From: Terrisporobacter sp.
GTDB lineage: Bacteria; Bacillota; Clostridia; Peptostreptococcales; Peptostreptococcaceae
NCBI RefSeq assembly: GCF_036550295.1
Contig: NZ_JAXKGQ010000011.1
Direction: 5' to 3' (one strand)
Length of the DNA: 24,000 nucleotides
The position numbers were made by a program, and so were the translations under genes. The notes under the pieces were generated by a model. It did no database searches. It was not told where the DNA came from and saw only the letters and a list, made by a program, of their open reading frames with translations. Shown piece by piece: positions 1-8,714 of this stretch. Position 1 is the stretch's first letter; each line of letters starts with the position of its first letter.

Positions 1-218
1 TAATCCTTAATAACTTTGACACCATCTAGTTTAAATGTCATGGTTTCTTGGTCTAATATCATATTGTCTGAATCTACTTTATTAGATTTTTCTTTTTCTT
101 TCTCCACTTTCACTTTAGTATCGCTATCTTTTGATGTATCACTTGTATCGCTAGAACATCCCACCATTAAACTTCCTACTAATATACTAGCAGTTAATAT
201 ACTTAATACCTTTTTCAT
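1..218 (-). CDS. Putative secreted lipoprotein, N-terminal part (truncated by left window edge)
   Basis: Reverse-strand translation MKKVLSILTASILVGSLMVGCSSDTSDTSKDSDTKVKVEKEKEKSNK... shows a signal peptide with lipobox-like LMVGC and an acidic/Lys linker; RBS-like AGGGGTG lies upstream of the ATG at 218. The listed + strand ORF 16..222 is its antisense shadow. Confidence 0.85.
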   Translation of the reverse strand, partial: MKKVLSILTASILVGSLMVGCSSDTSDTSKDSDTKVKVEKEKEKSNKVDSDNMILDQETMTFKLDGVKVIKD

Positions 219-340
219 ATAAATCACCCCTTATATAAAAAGTATATCAGCAAAGTCGGTTTTTAGGAAATCATTTGCATAAAATCTCATAAACCATATA
301 CAAGATATTGGCTAACTTTGATAATTCTTGTAATTAACGC

Positions 341-496
341 CTAGTTTATATTAATAAGGTTTGTTCTTAATTTTTCTAGTAGAAATACTTCTACTTCTTT
401 GTTGTCCCTAGTTAGGTTGCTTCCATGTATGTAGTGGTAATTTAGTTCTTTTAGGTAGTCTATTACTACGTTTTCAAATAATTATTCTGTAAACAT
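341..496 (-). pseudogene. Remnant of type I restriction enzyme HsdR N-terminus
   Basis: Reverse-strand reading from ATG 496 (preceded by GGGAGAGAG): MFTE*LFENVVIDYLKELNYHYIHGSNLTRDNKEVEVFLLEKLRTNLININ*. It resembles the HsdR N-terminal pattern (MFTE...LGYEYIHG..RDYKEVLLEDRLRESLxRIN). TAA at codon 5 and a stop at 341-343. Confidence 0.65.
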
Positions 497-648
497 ATTT
501 CTCTCTCCCAGTATAGTTTGTATGTTGATTATACTTGGATTTCTATAAGAGTAAAAGTTACTTATTATTTCTTATGGACAAAAAATTTTTATTATTGTCC
601 ATTACATTTAATTATTTAATTGGTATAATTTTTTAAGGAGGTGATTTT

Positions 649-1437
649 ATGGAATCAAAAAAATCTTTAAATAGTATTGCTAATTCAATTAGTGATGAAC
701 TTTTTTTAAATTCACCTGATGGAAAAGAAGTTATTAGCTACAAAACACTTATTAGAAATTTCGAAAAATTTATTGAAAAGAGTGGAGGAGATATAAAATC
801 TATGAAAGATTCTTCTGGGAAAATATTCTTTGAAGAGTCTGAATCTATATTTATTAAAGCTATTTTAAGAGAATCCATTGATAAAAACAGTTATATATAT
901 AAATTTTTAAAAGGAAAAGATGATGAAGTTTCATTCGATCAAATTAAAGAATTTATGGATAATATTCATGATTACATGCAAAATAAACTTCCACAAGAAG
1001 AATGTGATGCCTACATGGCATACATGGATCAAGCTTTGCAATATAGCGTAATCATGGAATTACATAATATATATAATATTATTGAATGTATAAATCTAAA
1101 TTTACAAAATTATATTTATACTTTTCAGCTAGAAAGTATGATAAATTTACGAAAAAAACTAGAACAAGAATTTGTCAGAACTACTGCAAATTCTATTTTA
1201 AACATGGAAGAATTTTGTGAATTTGTAAGTCAAACTAGTGAAATTTTTGATGGAGATGCATCACAACTTTTGAACTATGATGATTTTGATTTGCTAACTC
1301 AAGTTGAATACTCTAATAGAGATAAAGATACACTAAAGTATATTAACTCAAACCCTTTAATAAAAAAGCATATTGAAGAAAAAATAGGTAAGAGCATTGA
1401 TGAAATATTCAAAGGCGTTATAAATAAAATTGATTAA
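649..1437 (+). CDS. Hypothetical protein, helical, unknown family
   Basis: 262-aa ORF with strong RBS (AAGGAGGTGATTTT-ATG); followed 12 nt later by another ORF. Confidence 0.8.
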   Translation: MESKKSLNSIANSISDELFLNSPDGKEVISYKTLIRNFEKFIEKSGGDIKSMKDSSGKIFFEESESIFIKAILRESIDKNSYIYKFLKGKDDEVSFDQIKEFMDNIHDYMQNKLPQEECDAYMAYMDQALQYSVIMELHNIYNIIECINLNLQNYIYTFQLESMINLRKKLEQEFVRTTANSILNMEEFCEFVSQTSEIFDGDASQLLNYDDFDLLTQVEYSNRDKDTLKYINSNPLIKKHIEEKIGKSIDEIFKGVINKID

Positions 1438-1467
1438 TAATTATTATATATGAAAGGATGTGCTATT

Positions 1468-1845
1468 ATGGGTATGTATAAAGGTAGAATCACTAAAATA
1501 GAAAAAGAGGAATTTACATCCTGTTTATTAACACAAAAAGTTAAAAGTAATAATCAACCATATTATGATAATTCTCCAAAATATAATGGAAGTAATGGTA
1601 CTTATACAAGTAACTATCACACAGATTATTATGTTTATTTACATTTGACAATTTATGGAGAAACATCACAAGATAATCAAAGGGTTAAAATGGATATTAG
1701 AGATGATATCTTAAGAGTAAATAACTTGAAACGTATCTCTAGTAAAAAAATGCAACAAATTATAAATGACAATGTAGGTAGAAAAGTAACTTTTGATATT
1801 ATAAATAGACACATAATTTTCGATCCTAATATGCTAAAACTTTAA
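1468..1845 (+). CDS. Hypothetical protein, unknown family (start refined from 1450 to 1468)
   Basis: ORF track starts at 1450, but an RBS-like GAAAGGATG sits just upstream of the ATG at 1468 (MGMYKGRITKIEKEEFT...). Probably co-transcribed with 649..1437. Confidence 0.75.
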   Translation: MGMYKGRITKIEKEEFTSCLLTQKVKSNNQPYYDNSPKYNGSNGTYTSNYHTDYYVYLHLTIYGETSQDNQRVKMDIRDDILRVNNLKRISSKKMQQIINDNVGRKVTFDIINRHIIFDPNMLKL

Positions 1846-1986
1846 TTATCGATAAAAATGGAAGTAAGTATTATTTTCTTATGAATTAATTTCAAAAATT
1901 ATCCAATTGGATATGAAGGGATATATTTGGATTAGCTATGTGTATTCCTATTTTATAAGATTTTCATAATTTTTAATTTATAATAA

Positions 1987-2027
1987 AAAATGGTACTATT
2001 TATATTAATAATAGGTACCATTTTTCT
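1987..2027. terminator. Putative bidirectional terminator between convergent genes
   Basis: Inverted repeat AAAAAATGGTACTA ... TAGGTACCATTTTT between 649/1468 (+) and 2050..3990 (-). Confidence 0.6.
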
Positions 2028-2049
2028 ACAGATTTAAGCTAGTACTTTA

Positions 2050-3990
2050 CTAGCTTTTTCTTTTACTTATTTCATCATTAAGGCATACTTCATCATTAAC
2101 CTTAATTATAATTAATATAACTAGCCTTAAAAATATCATATAATTAGATTCATGTGTTTTTTCATCTTCATCTCCATTCGGCTGAGTTCCATGACTATAA
2201 TTATTTCTTAAATTTAAACCATTGTTAAAACTAGCTCTATTCAAGTAATAATTAAAATAATCACATTCCGGCTTTGAAAACAAGGAACTCTCAAAGTTAA
2301 TTATATTTTTTAACTCCATTATATCAATAGTTTCTCGCATTTCAGATGGGTACTTCCAATAACTAATAAATTCATTGTTACATAAATCATTTAATATATA
2401 GATTTTCTTATCATCATATATTTCAATATATCCTTCATTATCTATTCTTATATAATGATTATTTATAAGCCAATTAAGGTCATTTTGTAAATATTCACGA
2501 TAATCATTGATATTTACTTTCTCATTTCTTAATAATTCATAAAAATTTTTATATCTATCTTCAACTTTCTCTATATAAGATAACATGCACTGGTCTGAGA
2601 AGAAATAGTAGGTAGCAAGTTTAAACTCATCTCCATATCCATATACATATTTTTTATTTAATAAGCTTGGTATATCTTTAAAAAATAGATGATTAGATGA
2701 CATCTGTAATAATTCTTGGTCTATATCGCCATCATTTACATACATAGAGAATTGTTTTAAAATAGATTCCATTTGAGGTAGAATTGTTGTACACTTTTCT
2801 AAGTATAAAGAATTCTCAGAAGGCATTTTTATATTAAAACCTGATATACCGAACTCATTCACCAAATAATCTTTAAAAAACCATTCTATAACATCTTCTA
2901 GCCTTATATCTATCCTTTTAAGTTCCGCATAATATGCTGTTAATTGTAACCTTGATAATATATCTTTTCTATCAAATCCAGAACCTGTAACATATGCTTT
3001 TTTAGATCTCATTAGTATATTTTTTTCAAGTATTCCCATTTCTTGAATTTTGCTTATTAATGTTATTCTCATTTGCATATCTACAAATCTAAATATATAT
3101 ATAAAATTATTCAACAATGTATTGTAATCTTTATTTTCTTTAAGCCATTTCTGGCTATATATTACTTCACAATTATTCCCGGTAATATTTGTATCTATGA
3201 TTTCCTCTTGAGTTTCTGAAAAACCTACAATAGTTTCCATTGTAAATCCAGATTTAGATTCAAATATTTTATTAGTCTCTTCTTCAAGCTTTCTTTTTGC
3301 ATATAATCTAGTTTTATCAGATATACTTAATTCATTAGTACTATTTATATTTTTAATAATTCTTAAATAGTTAGGATTAGGATTGGGGCTATCAATATAA
3401 TTTCTTATAATTTCTTCTTTATCTGTTAAAGTAAGTTCTTGTGGTAAATAAATATTATCTATATTGTGATTATGATATACTTCATACTTATCTAATATCA
3501 ACTTTGCAGAAAAATTATTAGATAATAATTCTTCTCTAATAGTTTTTCCATAATAATTTACTATTTTTTTATATTTTAATAAATCATAAATACTATTTTC
3601 AGATTTATGTAAGATGTACTTAATCATATTAGGTGAAATTTTTTTGTAAATATTAAAGTCATTAAATAGTTCCCAAAAACTTGATTTGTAACATATTTCT
3701 ACTGACTCAAAAACTTTTTCAATATTTTTATCTGAAATACAACCTAAAAATTTACCTATTATACCCATATATAATTTAGAGGTTTGTCGAGACATAGATA
3801 TTTCTTCAGGAGACCAATAGTTTGGATATATTCCTTTTTCGATATATTTTCTAATATTATTTAATTCTATAATGTCATTAATATCATCATACTTTTTATT
3901 CTTATCAAAGCTTTTGATTACTCTTTCAATACTTTCTACATGATAACCAATTGGTAAATCATTAATTTCATAATATTGCACTCTTTCCAT
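2050..3990 (-). CDS. Large uncharacterised protein with C-terminal HEPN-like RxxxxH motif; candidate defense/accessory gene in an RM locus
   Basis: 646-aa ORF with RBS GGGAGTGA. C-terminus ...FNNGLNLRNNYSHGTQPNGDEDEKTHESNYMIFLRLVILIIIKVND matches the R-N-x-x-x-H(G) helix motif seen in HEPN-type domains. It lies in the same orientation downstream of hsdM/hsdS. No other family recognised. Confidence 0.8.
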   Translation of the reverse strand: MERVQYYEINDLPIGYHVESIERVIKSFDKNKKYDDINDIIELNNIRKYIEKGIYPNYWSPEEISMSRQTSKLYMGIIGKFLGCISDKNIEKVFESVEICYKSSFWELFNDFNIYKKISPNMIKYILHKSENSIYDLLKYKKIVNYYGKTIREELLSNNFSAKLILDKYEVYHNHNIDNIYLPQELTLTDKEEIIRNYIDSPNPNPNYLRIIKNINSTNELSISDKTRLYAKRKLEEETNKIFESKSGFTMETIVGFSETQEEIIDTNITGNNCEVIYSQKWLKENKDYNTLLNNFIYIFRFVDMQMRITLISKIQEMGILEKNILMRSKKAYVTGSGFDRKDILSRLQLTAYYAELKRIDIRLEDVIEWFFKDYLVNEFGISGFNIKMPSENSLYLEKCTTILPQMESILKQFSMYVNDGDIDQELLQMSSNHLFFKDIPSLLNKKYVYGYGDEFKLATYYFFSDQCMLSYIEKVEDRYKNFYELLRNEKVNINDYREYLQNDLNWLINNHYIRIDNEGYIEIYDDKKIYILNDLCNNEFISYWKYPSEMRETIDIMELKNIINFESSLFSKPECDYFNYYLNRASFNNGLNLRNNYSHGTQPNGDEDEKTHESNYMIFLRLVILIIIKVNDEVCLNDEISKRKS

Positions 3991-4049
3991 AATTCACTCC
4001 CTATAAAATAAACTATATATATTCTTTATATTTTATTTTCAAAATAGTA

Positions 4050-4076
4050 AGTTCTTGACATAAACTGTCAAGAACT
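4050..4076. promoter_or_regulatory. Perfect 11-bp inverted repeat (possible terminator or operator)
   Basis: AGTTCTTGACA-TAAAC-TGTCAAGAACT in the hsdS / 646-aa gene intergenic region; no clear U-tract on the minus strand. Confidence 0.5.
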
Positions 4077-4164
4077 GTTTAATTTAATATGTTATACTTA
4101 ATTATAAAATAATTCAATTTATACTAATTTATATAATTCTAACATAAAACAACCTTATATATCA

Positions 4165-5382
4165 TTATTTTATATTTATAGTTCCATTCATAAGTACAGG
4201 TAATAAAATACTTCTTATTTCTTCTAGTTTTTTATTTTCTTGTCGTATTTCATATATATATTCAAAAATATTTTTTGCTAATGAATTGAACTTAACAGTC
4301 ATATTTTTATCAGGTATTGGCAATTTTAATGAAGTTAGATTTTTTTGGTTTATTTTTGGTTGAACAGCTCCTGTTACTAAATGAGTAACATTAGTATTAC
4401 TTAAATATAAATAAACAAATTCATTGCTAAATTCATTTTTCCCTTTCAGTACATGTGCATGATTATTTACCCAAAACTTTCCTCCTACATATTGAAGTAT
4501 CGGAAATCCATCTTTATCTATAACAGTTCCATCTTCACCCATTAATACATGTATTCCTTCAAATATATAGTCATCAACATAATCCATTAATGATGCTGCA
4601 CCATAATAAGGGTATATATTTGCTCTTTTCTCTCTTTCTCGTTTAGATAATGGTATCCTTTTAGAATCTAATATTTCACTAATATCGCTAAAACTTCCTA
4701 CTTCCCATCCCTTAGGAATCATTCCAAGTTCACTTTCAACCATCTCTCCACCACTAGATTTATAAGGCTGACCATCTTCATTAGGAAACTCAAAATCAAC
4801 AAACCATCTTTTATAGATACTCTGAGCCATCTCCTCTAAAGTCTTATTCATCTCATTATTTAACTCTATTTTATCATCTAAAGAAGATAAAATATTAGCT
4901 ATTTTTTCTTGTTCCTCTAATGACGGTAATTTAATAACTAAATCTTTTATTATCTTTGTTGTTAAACTACCTCTAATACTATGTCCATCAGATAACTGAC
5001 GTAGTTCATCATATCTTCCCTTTAAGTTATAATATAGATATTTATTGTGTATTTTAGCATTATTTGTTCTAATAGCTATTAATGATTGATTAATATACGT
5101 ATCAATATTACAAAAAGAAGTTTGACCTCTTGTATAACCTTGTCCAGCCGAAGCTATAACTATATCACCTTTTTTAGCAAGTTTAGTTGACGAGTTATTA
5201 ACACCATCTAAAGTAATTGTTTTTTCAGTTGAATTTATAAAGTTATTTCTTGTCTCTCCAGATGATAACCAAGGAATACTTCCATTCCAATAGTTAGTAT
5301 TTTTTGTTGATGGCGTTCCACCACTAAAAATATTTTCACATATATCTCCTAAACTATACTATTTCCACTCACTACAACTCAT
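4165..5382 (-). pseudogene. hsdS: Type I RM specificity subunit HsdS, interrupted by TAG at codon 8
   Basis: ATG at 5382 overlaps the hsdM stop by 11 nt. Frame reads MSCSEWK*YSLGDICENIFSGGTPSTKNTNYWNGSIPWLSSGETRNNFINS...LPSLEEQEKIANILSSLDDKIELNNEMNKTLEEMAQSIYKRWFVDFEFP... and is open from 5358 to 4165. HsdS TRD and conserved spacer motifs present twice. Confidence 0.9.
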
Positions 5383-6865
5383 ATCCAATTCCTCCAAGTT
5401 GCTTTCTTATCTCATCTTCCAGCTCCCTTGACTTTGCAAACTGCTCAGATAAAGTCTTAGTAAGTCTTTCCATCTTCTCCTCAAAAGGCTCACCATCATC
5501 TTCAACATCCTCAATACCCACATATCTACCAGGAGTTAAAATATAATCATTATCCTTAATCTCATCCATATTAGCAACTTTACAGAATCCTTTTACATCT
5601 TCGTAATTTTCTTCCTTTTGCCAACTAATATAAGTATCAGAAATCTTTTTAATATCCTCCTCACTAAGCTCTCTCAGTCTTCTATTTACCATATCACCCA
5701 TTTTACGAGCATCTATAAATAAAGTCTGTCCTTTGTGTTTTTTATCTCTATTAAAGAACCAAATACAAACAGGAATACCTGTTGTATAGAATAACTTATC
5801 AGGAAGAGCTACTATACAATCCACTAAATCATTATTTAAAATAGTCTTTCTAATCTCACCCTCATTAGAAGTATTAGAAGACAGAGAACCATTAGCAAGA
5901 ACTACTCCAGCTTTCCCCTTTTGACTAAGTTTATCTAACATATGCTCTATCCAACCGTAGTTAGCATTACCAGCAGGAGGTGTTCCCCATTTCCATCTTG
6001 GATCATCTAATAATAATGGTTGTCCCCAGTCACTTTGGTTAAATGGAGGATTAGTTAGTATGAAATCAGCTTTTAAATTTTTATGTAAATCTTCATGGAA
6101 AGTATCGGCATTTTTACTTCCTAAGTTATTTTCTATTCCTCTTATAGCCATGTTCATTTTAGCCAGTTTCCAAGTAGTTGGATTTGACTCTTGACCATAT
6201 ACACTTATATCAAAGGCATTTCCACTATGTTCTTCTACGAATTTTAATGATTGAACAAACATACCACCACTTCCACAAGCAGGGTCGTATACATATCCTT
6301 TAAATGGCTCTATCATTTCTACCATTAGCTTAACTATTGATTTAGGTGTGTAGAACTCTCCTCCACCTTTACCTTCGTTAGCTGCAAATTTTCCTAAGAA
6401 GTACTCATAAACTCTTCCCAGTACATCTTTTTCTTTTCCTATACTACCACCCACATTTATATTAGTGAATAAGTCTATTATTTCACCCAATATTCTTTTA
6501 TCTAACTCTGGTCTAGAGTAATTTTTAGGAAGTACTCCTCTTAAAGAATCATTGTCTTTTTCTATTAAATCTAGGGCATTATCTACTATTTGTCCTATTT
6601 CTGCTTGTTTTGAGTGTTTTGCTATATAGTCCCAACGTGCATTTTCTGGCATCCAGAATACCCCTTCTGCCATATATGCATCTATATCTTCTGCAAAGTC
6701 CTCATCTTCTTCCATTAACTCTCTATGTTTTTCCATAAAAGTATCTGAAACATATTTTAAGAATATAAGTCCAAGTACAACGTGTTTATATTCTGCTGCA
6801 TCCATATTGTTTCTTAGTTTATCGGCACTTGCCCATAACTTTTCTTCAAATCCTATTGTTGCCAT
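5372..6865 (-). CDS. hsdM: Type I RM system DNA methyltransferase subunit HsdM
   Basis: 497 aa; SAM-binding region VYDPACGSGGMF, catalytic NPPF (ADFILTNPPFNQSDW), FYTPKSIVKLM, typical HsdM N-terminus. Confidence 0.97.
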   Translation of the reverse strand: MATIGFEEKLWASADKLRNNMDAAEYKHVVLGLIFLKYVSDTFMEKHRELMEEDEDFAEDIDAYMAEGVFWMPENARWDYIAKHSKQAEIGQIVDNALDLIEKDNDSLRGVLPKNYSRPELDKRILGEIIDLFTNINVGGSIGKEKDVLGRVYEYFLGKFAANEGKGGGEFYTPKSIVKLMVEMIEPFKGYVYDPACGSGGMFVQSLKFVEEHSGNAFDISVYGQESNPTTWKLAKMNMAIRGIENNLGSKNADTFHEDLHKNLKADFILTNPPFNQSDWGQPLLLDDPRWKWGTPPAGNANYGWIEHMLDKLSQKGKAGVVLANGSLSSNTSNEGEIRKTILNNDLVDCIVALPDKLFYTTGIPVCIWFFNRDKKHKGQTLFIDARKMGDMVNRRLRELSEEDIKKISDTYISWQKEENYEDVKGFCKVANMDEIKDNDYILTPGRYVGIEDVEDDGEPFEEKMERLTKTLSEQFAKSRELEDEIRKQLGGIGYEL

Positions 6866-6920
6866 GATTTTTCTCCTTTTTCTTTTTATATGTTTTATTA
6901 TATCATGTATTTCTACAAAA

Positions 6921-7419
6921 TAAGACCTGCTATATGAATATTATCCCAAATAGCAATCAAAACATCACTTATACACTCTTTTTCATAATTTCCAAGATGT
7001 AATTCACCATAATTTTTCCATTATATATACCAGCTTAATTTCTTTTCAGCAGAAACAAATTCTTCTCTACCATAGCCAATATCTACTTCTTTAAGTTTGG
7101 CTGGTGTATTCATAATATAGTCAATTACTGGAGCTATATTTTTGTGTTCCTTAGCTGAAATAGGGAACACTGGCACATTTGGTGCATTTGTTTCTAAGAA
7201 TTTTACATATTTATCTGTTTCTTCATCACTTAATAAATCTATTTTATTTAAAACTATGGCATCTGCTTCTTCTATTTGAGAATTAAGCAAGTATACCATT
7301 TCTTCTGGTAAGTTTATTTGCTCTTTTTGGATCAGTAATAACTATAAAAGGTGCTAAATCAAATTCCCCTTGATATTCTTTGTTTAATTTATGATTTACA
7401 TTATATGCTATTTTTTTAA
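6921..7419 (-). pseudogene. Degenerate CobW/G3E-family GTPase fragment
   Basis: EADAIVLNKIDLLSDEE (NKxD motif), VFPISAKEHKNI, KEVDIGYGREEF. An upstream piece (YNVNHKLNKEYQGEFDLAPFIVITDPKRAN) is in a different frame; no N-terminal P-loop, and a stop after SWYI with coding-like sequence continuing. Confidence 0.6.
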
Positions 7420-7791
7420 TACATATTGATGTGGTAACAAAAAAAGTTTAAAGATTTTATTGTACAAAGTAATATAATACGAAATAAAAATACTTTTGAT
7501 ATGATATAGATCCCATCATCACTTATTTCCTTATTATTACAAGAAAGTATATGCTTATAAAGACTATCTTCCTGTTGTGAGTGAATCAAAACAATACCTG
7601 TCAAACTTATCAAACTTTTAAAAACTGTATTTTATCAACCTGAGGGATACGATATTGGTGAGAATTGATAGTAAACTCCAAACTTTGACAAATAGTATAA
7701 AATGAACGTTCTCATAATATAACTAATTTAAGATAAAACTTGAAATTTGTCGTACTTTATTTTAAGTATGTATTTTATAATTTATATAAAT

Positions 7792-7827
7792 AAAAGTGTG
7801 TAAATGCCCATATTTTTACACACTTTT
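7792..7827. terminator. Perfect 13-bp hairpin in intergenic region
   Basis: AAAAGTGTGTAAA-TGCCCATATT-TTTACACACTTTT. Confidence 0.45.
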
Positions 7828-7998
7828 AAATTTTATTTGCAAAAACATTCGTGTATTATAATTTTACTATTTATTGTATACTTATTTTGTATTATAATTA
7901 TAATTAAAGTGTCATTTTAAATTACACAGTATAATTAGTGTGATTTATTTTACTTATATATACTATTTTATTTATATATATATTGAGGGAGGTATATT

Positions 7999-8613
7999 AT
8001 GATAAATAACGATATAATAAAACAAAATAATCTAGCATGTGAAAATATACTATTAACAAAAGAAGAATTCACTAATGCTAGAAGTGGGGTATTTAATATT
8101 AAGCTCACACCAACAAAATACGTTCCAAATGATTGGTTTGAAAAAAATTTAAAAAACCATAAAATACTATGTTTATATTCTGGTGGTCAAAAACACATCC
8201 ATCTATTAGCTGCCAGTGGTGCAATTGTAACAGTTTATGATACAAATCATAATCAATTAAAAGAAGATGAAAAATTTGCAAAAGAAAATAACCTTATGAT
8301 TTCCACAATCGAAGGTGATATGACTAATTTGGAAATATTCAAGGATAATTTTTTCGATATGATTTTTTGTCCTTTATCTGATGCATACATTCCTGATATA
8401 TTTCCCATTTTTAAAGAATGTCATAGAGTTTTAAAATCTGGGGGAAAATTTTTATTTTCAAGTATAAATCCTTTTACAAAACACAATCAAACTTTAGAAG
8501 ACTTAATTGGAGGACAAACTTTGGCTGGTTTTCATATTAATGGATTTTATGAAGACAATAATAACACTTGTCATGATAACTTTAAATATTTTGCTACAAA
8601 AGCAATAAAATAA
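7999..8613 (+). CDS. Class I SAM-dependent methyltransferase (possibly internally shortened)
   Basis: HKILCLYSGGQKHIHLLAASGAIVTVYDTN (motif I region), IEGDMTNLEIFKDNFFDMIFCP, ECHRVLKSGGKFLFSSINP; RBS-like GGGAGG upstream. Confidence 0.8.
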   Translation: MINNDIIKQNNLACENILLTKEEFTNARSGVFNIKLTPTKYVPNDWFEKNLKNHKILCLYSGGQKHIHLLAASGAIVTVYDTNHNQLKEDEKFAKENNLMISTIEGDMTNLEIFKDNFFDMIFCPLSDAYIPDIFPIFKECHRVLKSGGKFLFSSINPFTKHNQTLEDLIGGQTLAGFHINGFYEDNNNTCHDNFKYFATKAIK

Positions 8614-8714
8614 GTATTCTGTATACTTGTCTTTTTTGTGAAGGTTTTTATTATATTGTGTCTAATTTTTGAATTATGAATTATTAAATTATAATTAAAG
8701 GTTGGTGTATAAAT

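Noticed and set aside
16-222. + strand ORF 68 aa
   Set aside because: Antisense to a convincing lipoprotein start on the minus strand; no coding character.
4165-6865. Phase-variable invertible multi-hsdS locus
   Set aside because: Only one hsdS, no recombinase gene and no second TRD copy in the window to support inversion.
7416-7613. - strand ORF 65 aa
   Set aside because: No RBS or motif I could support, in AT-rich intergenic sequence.
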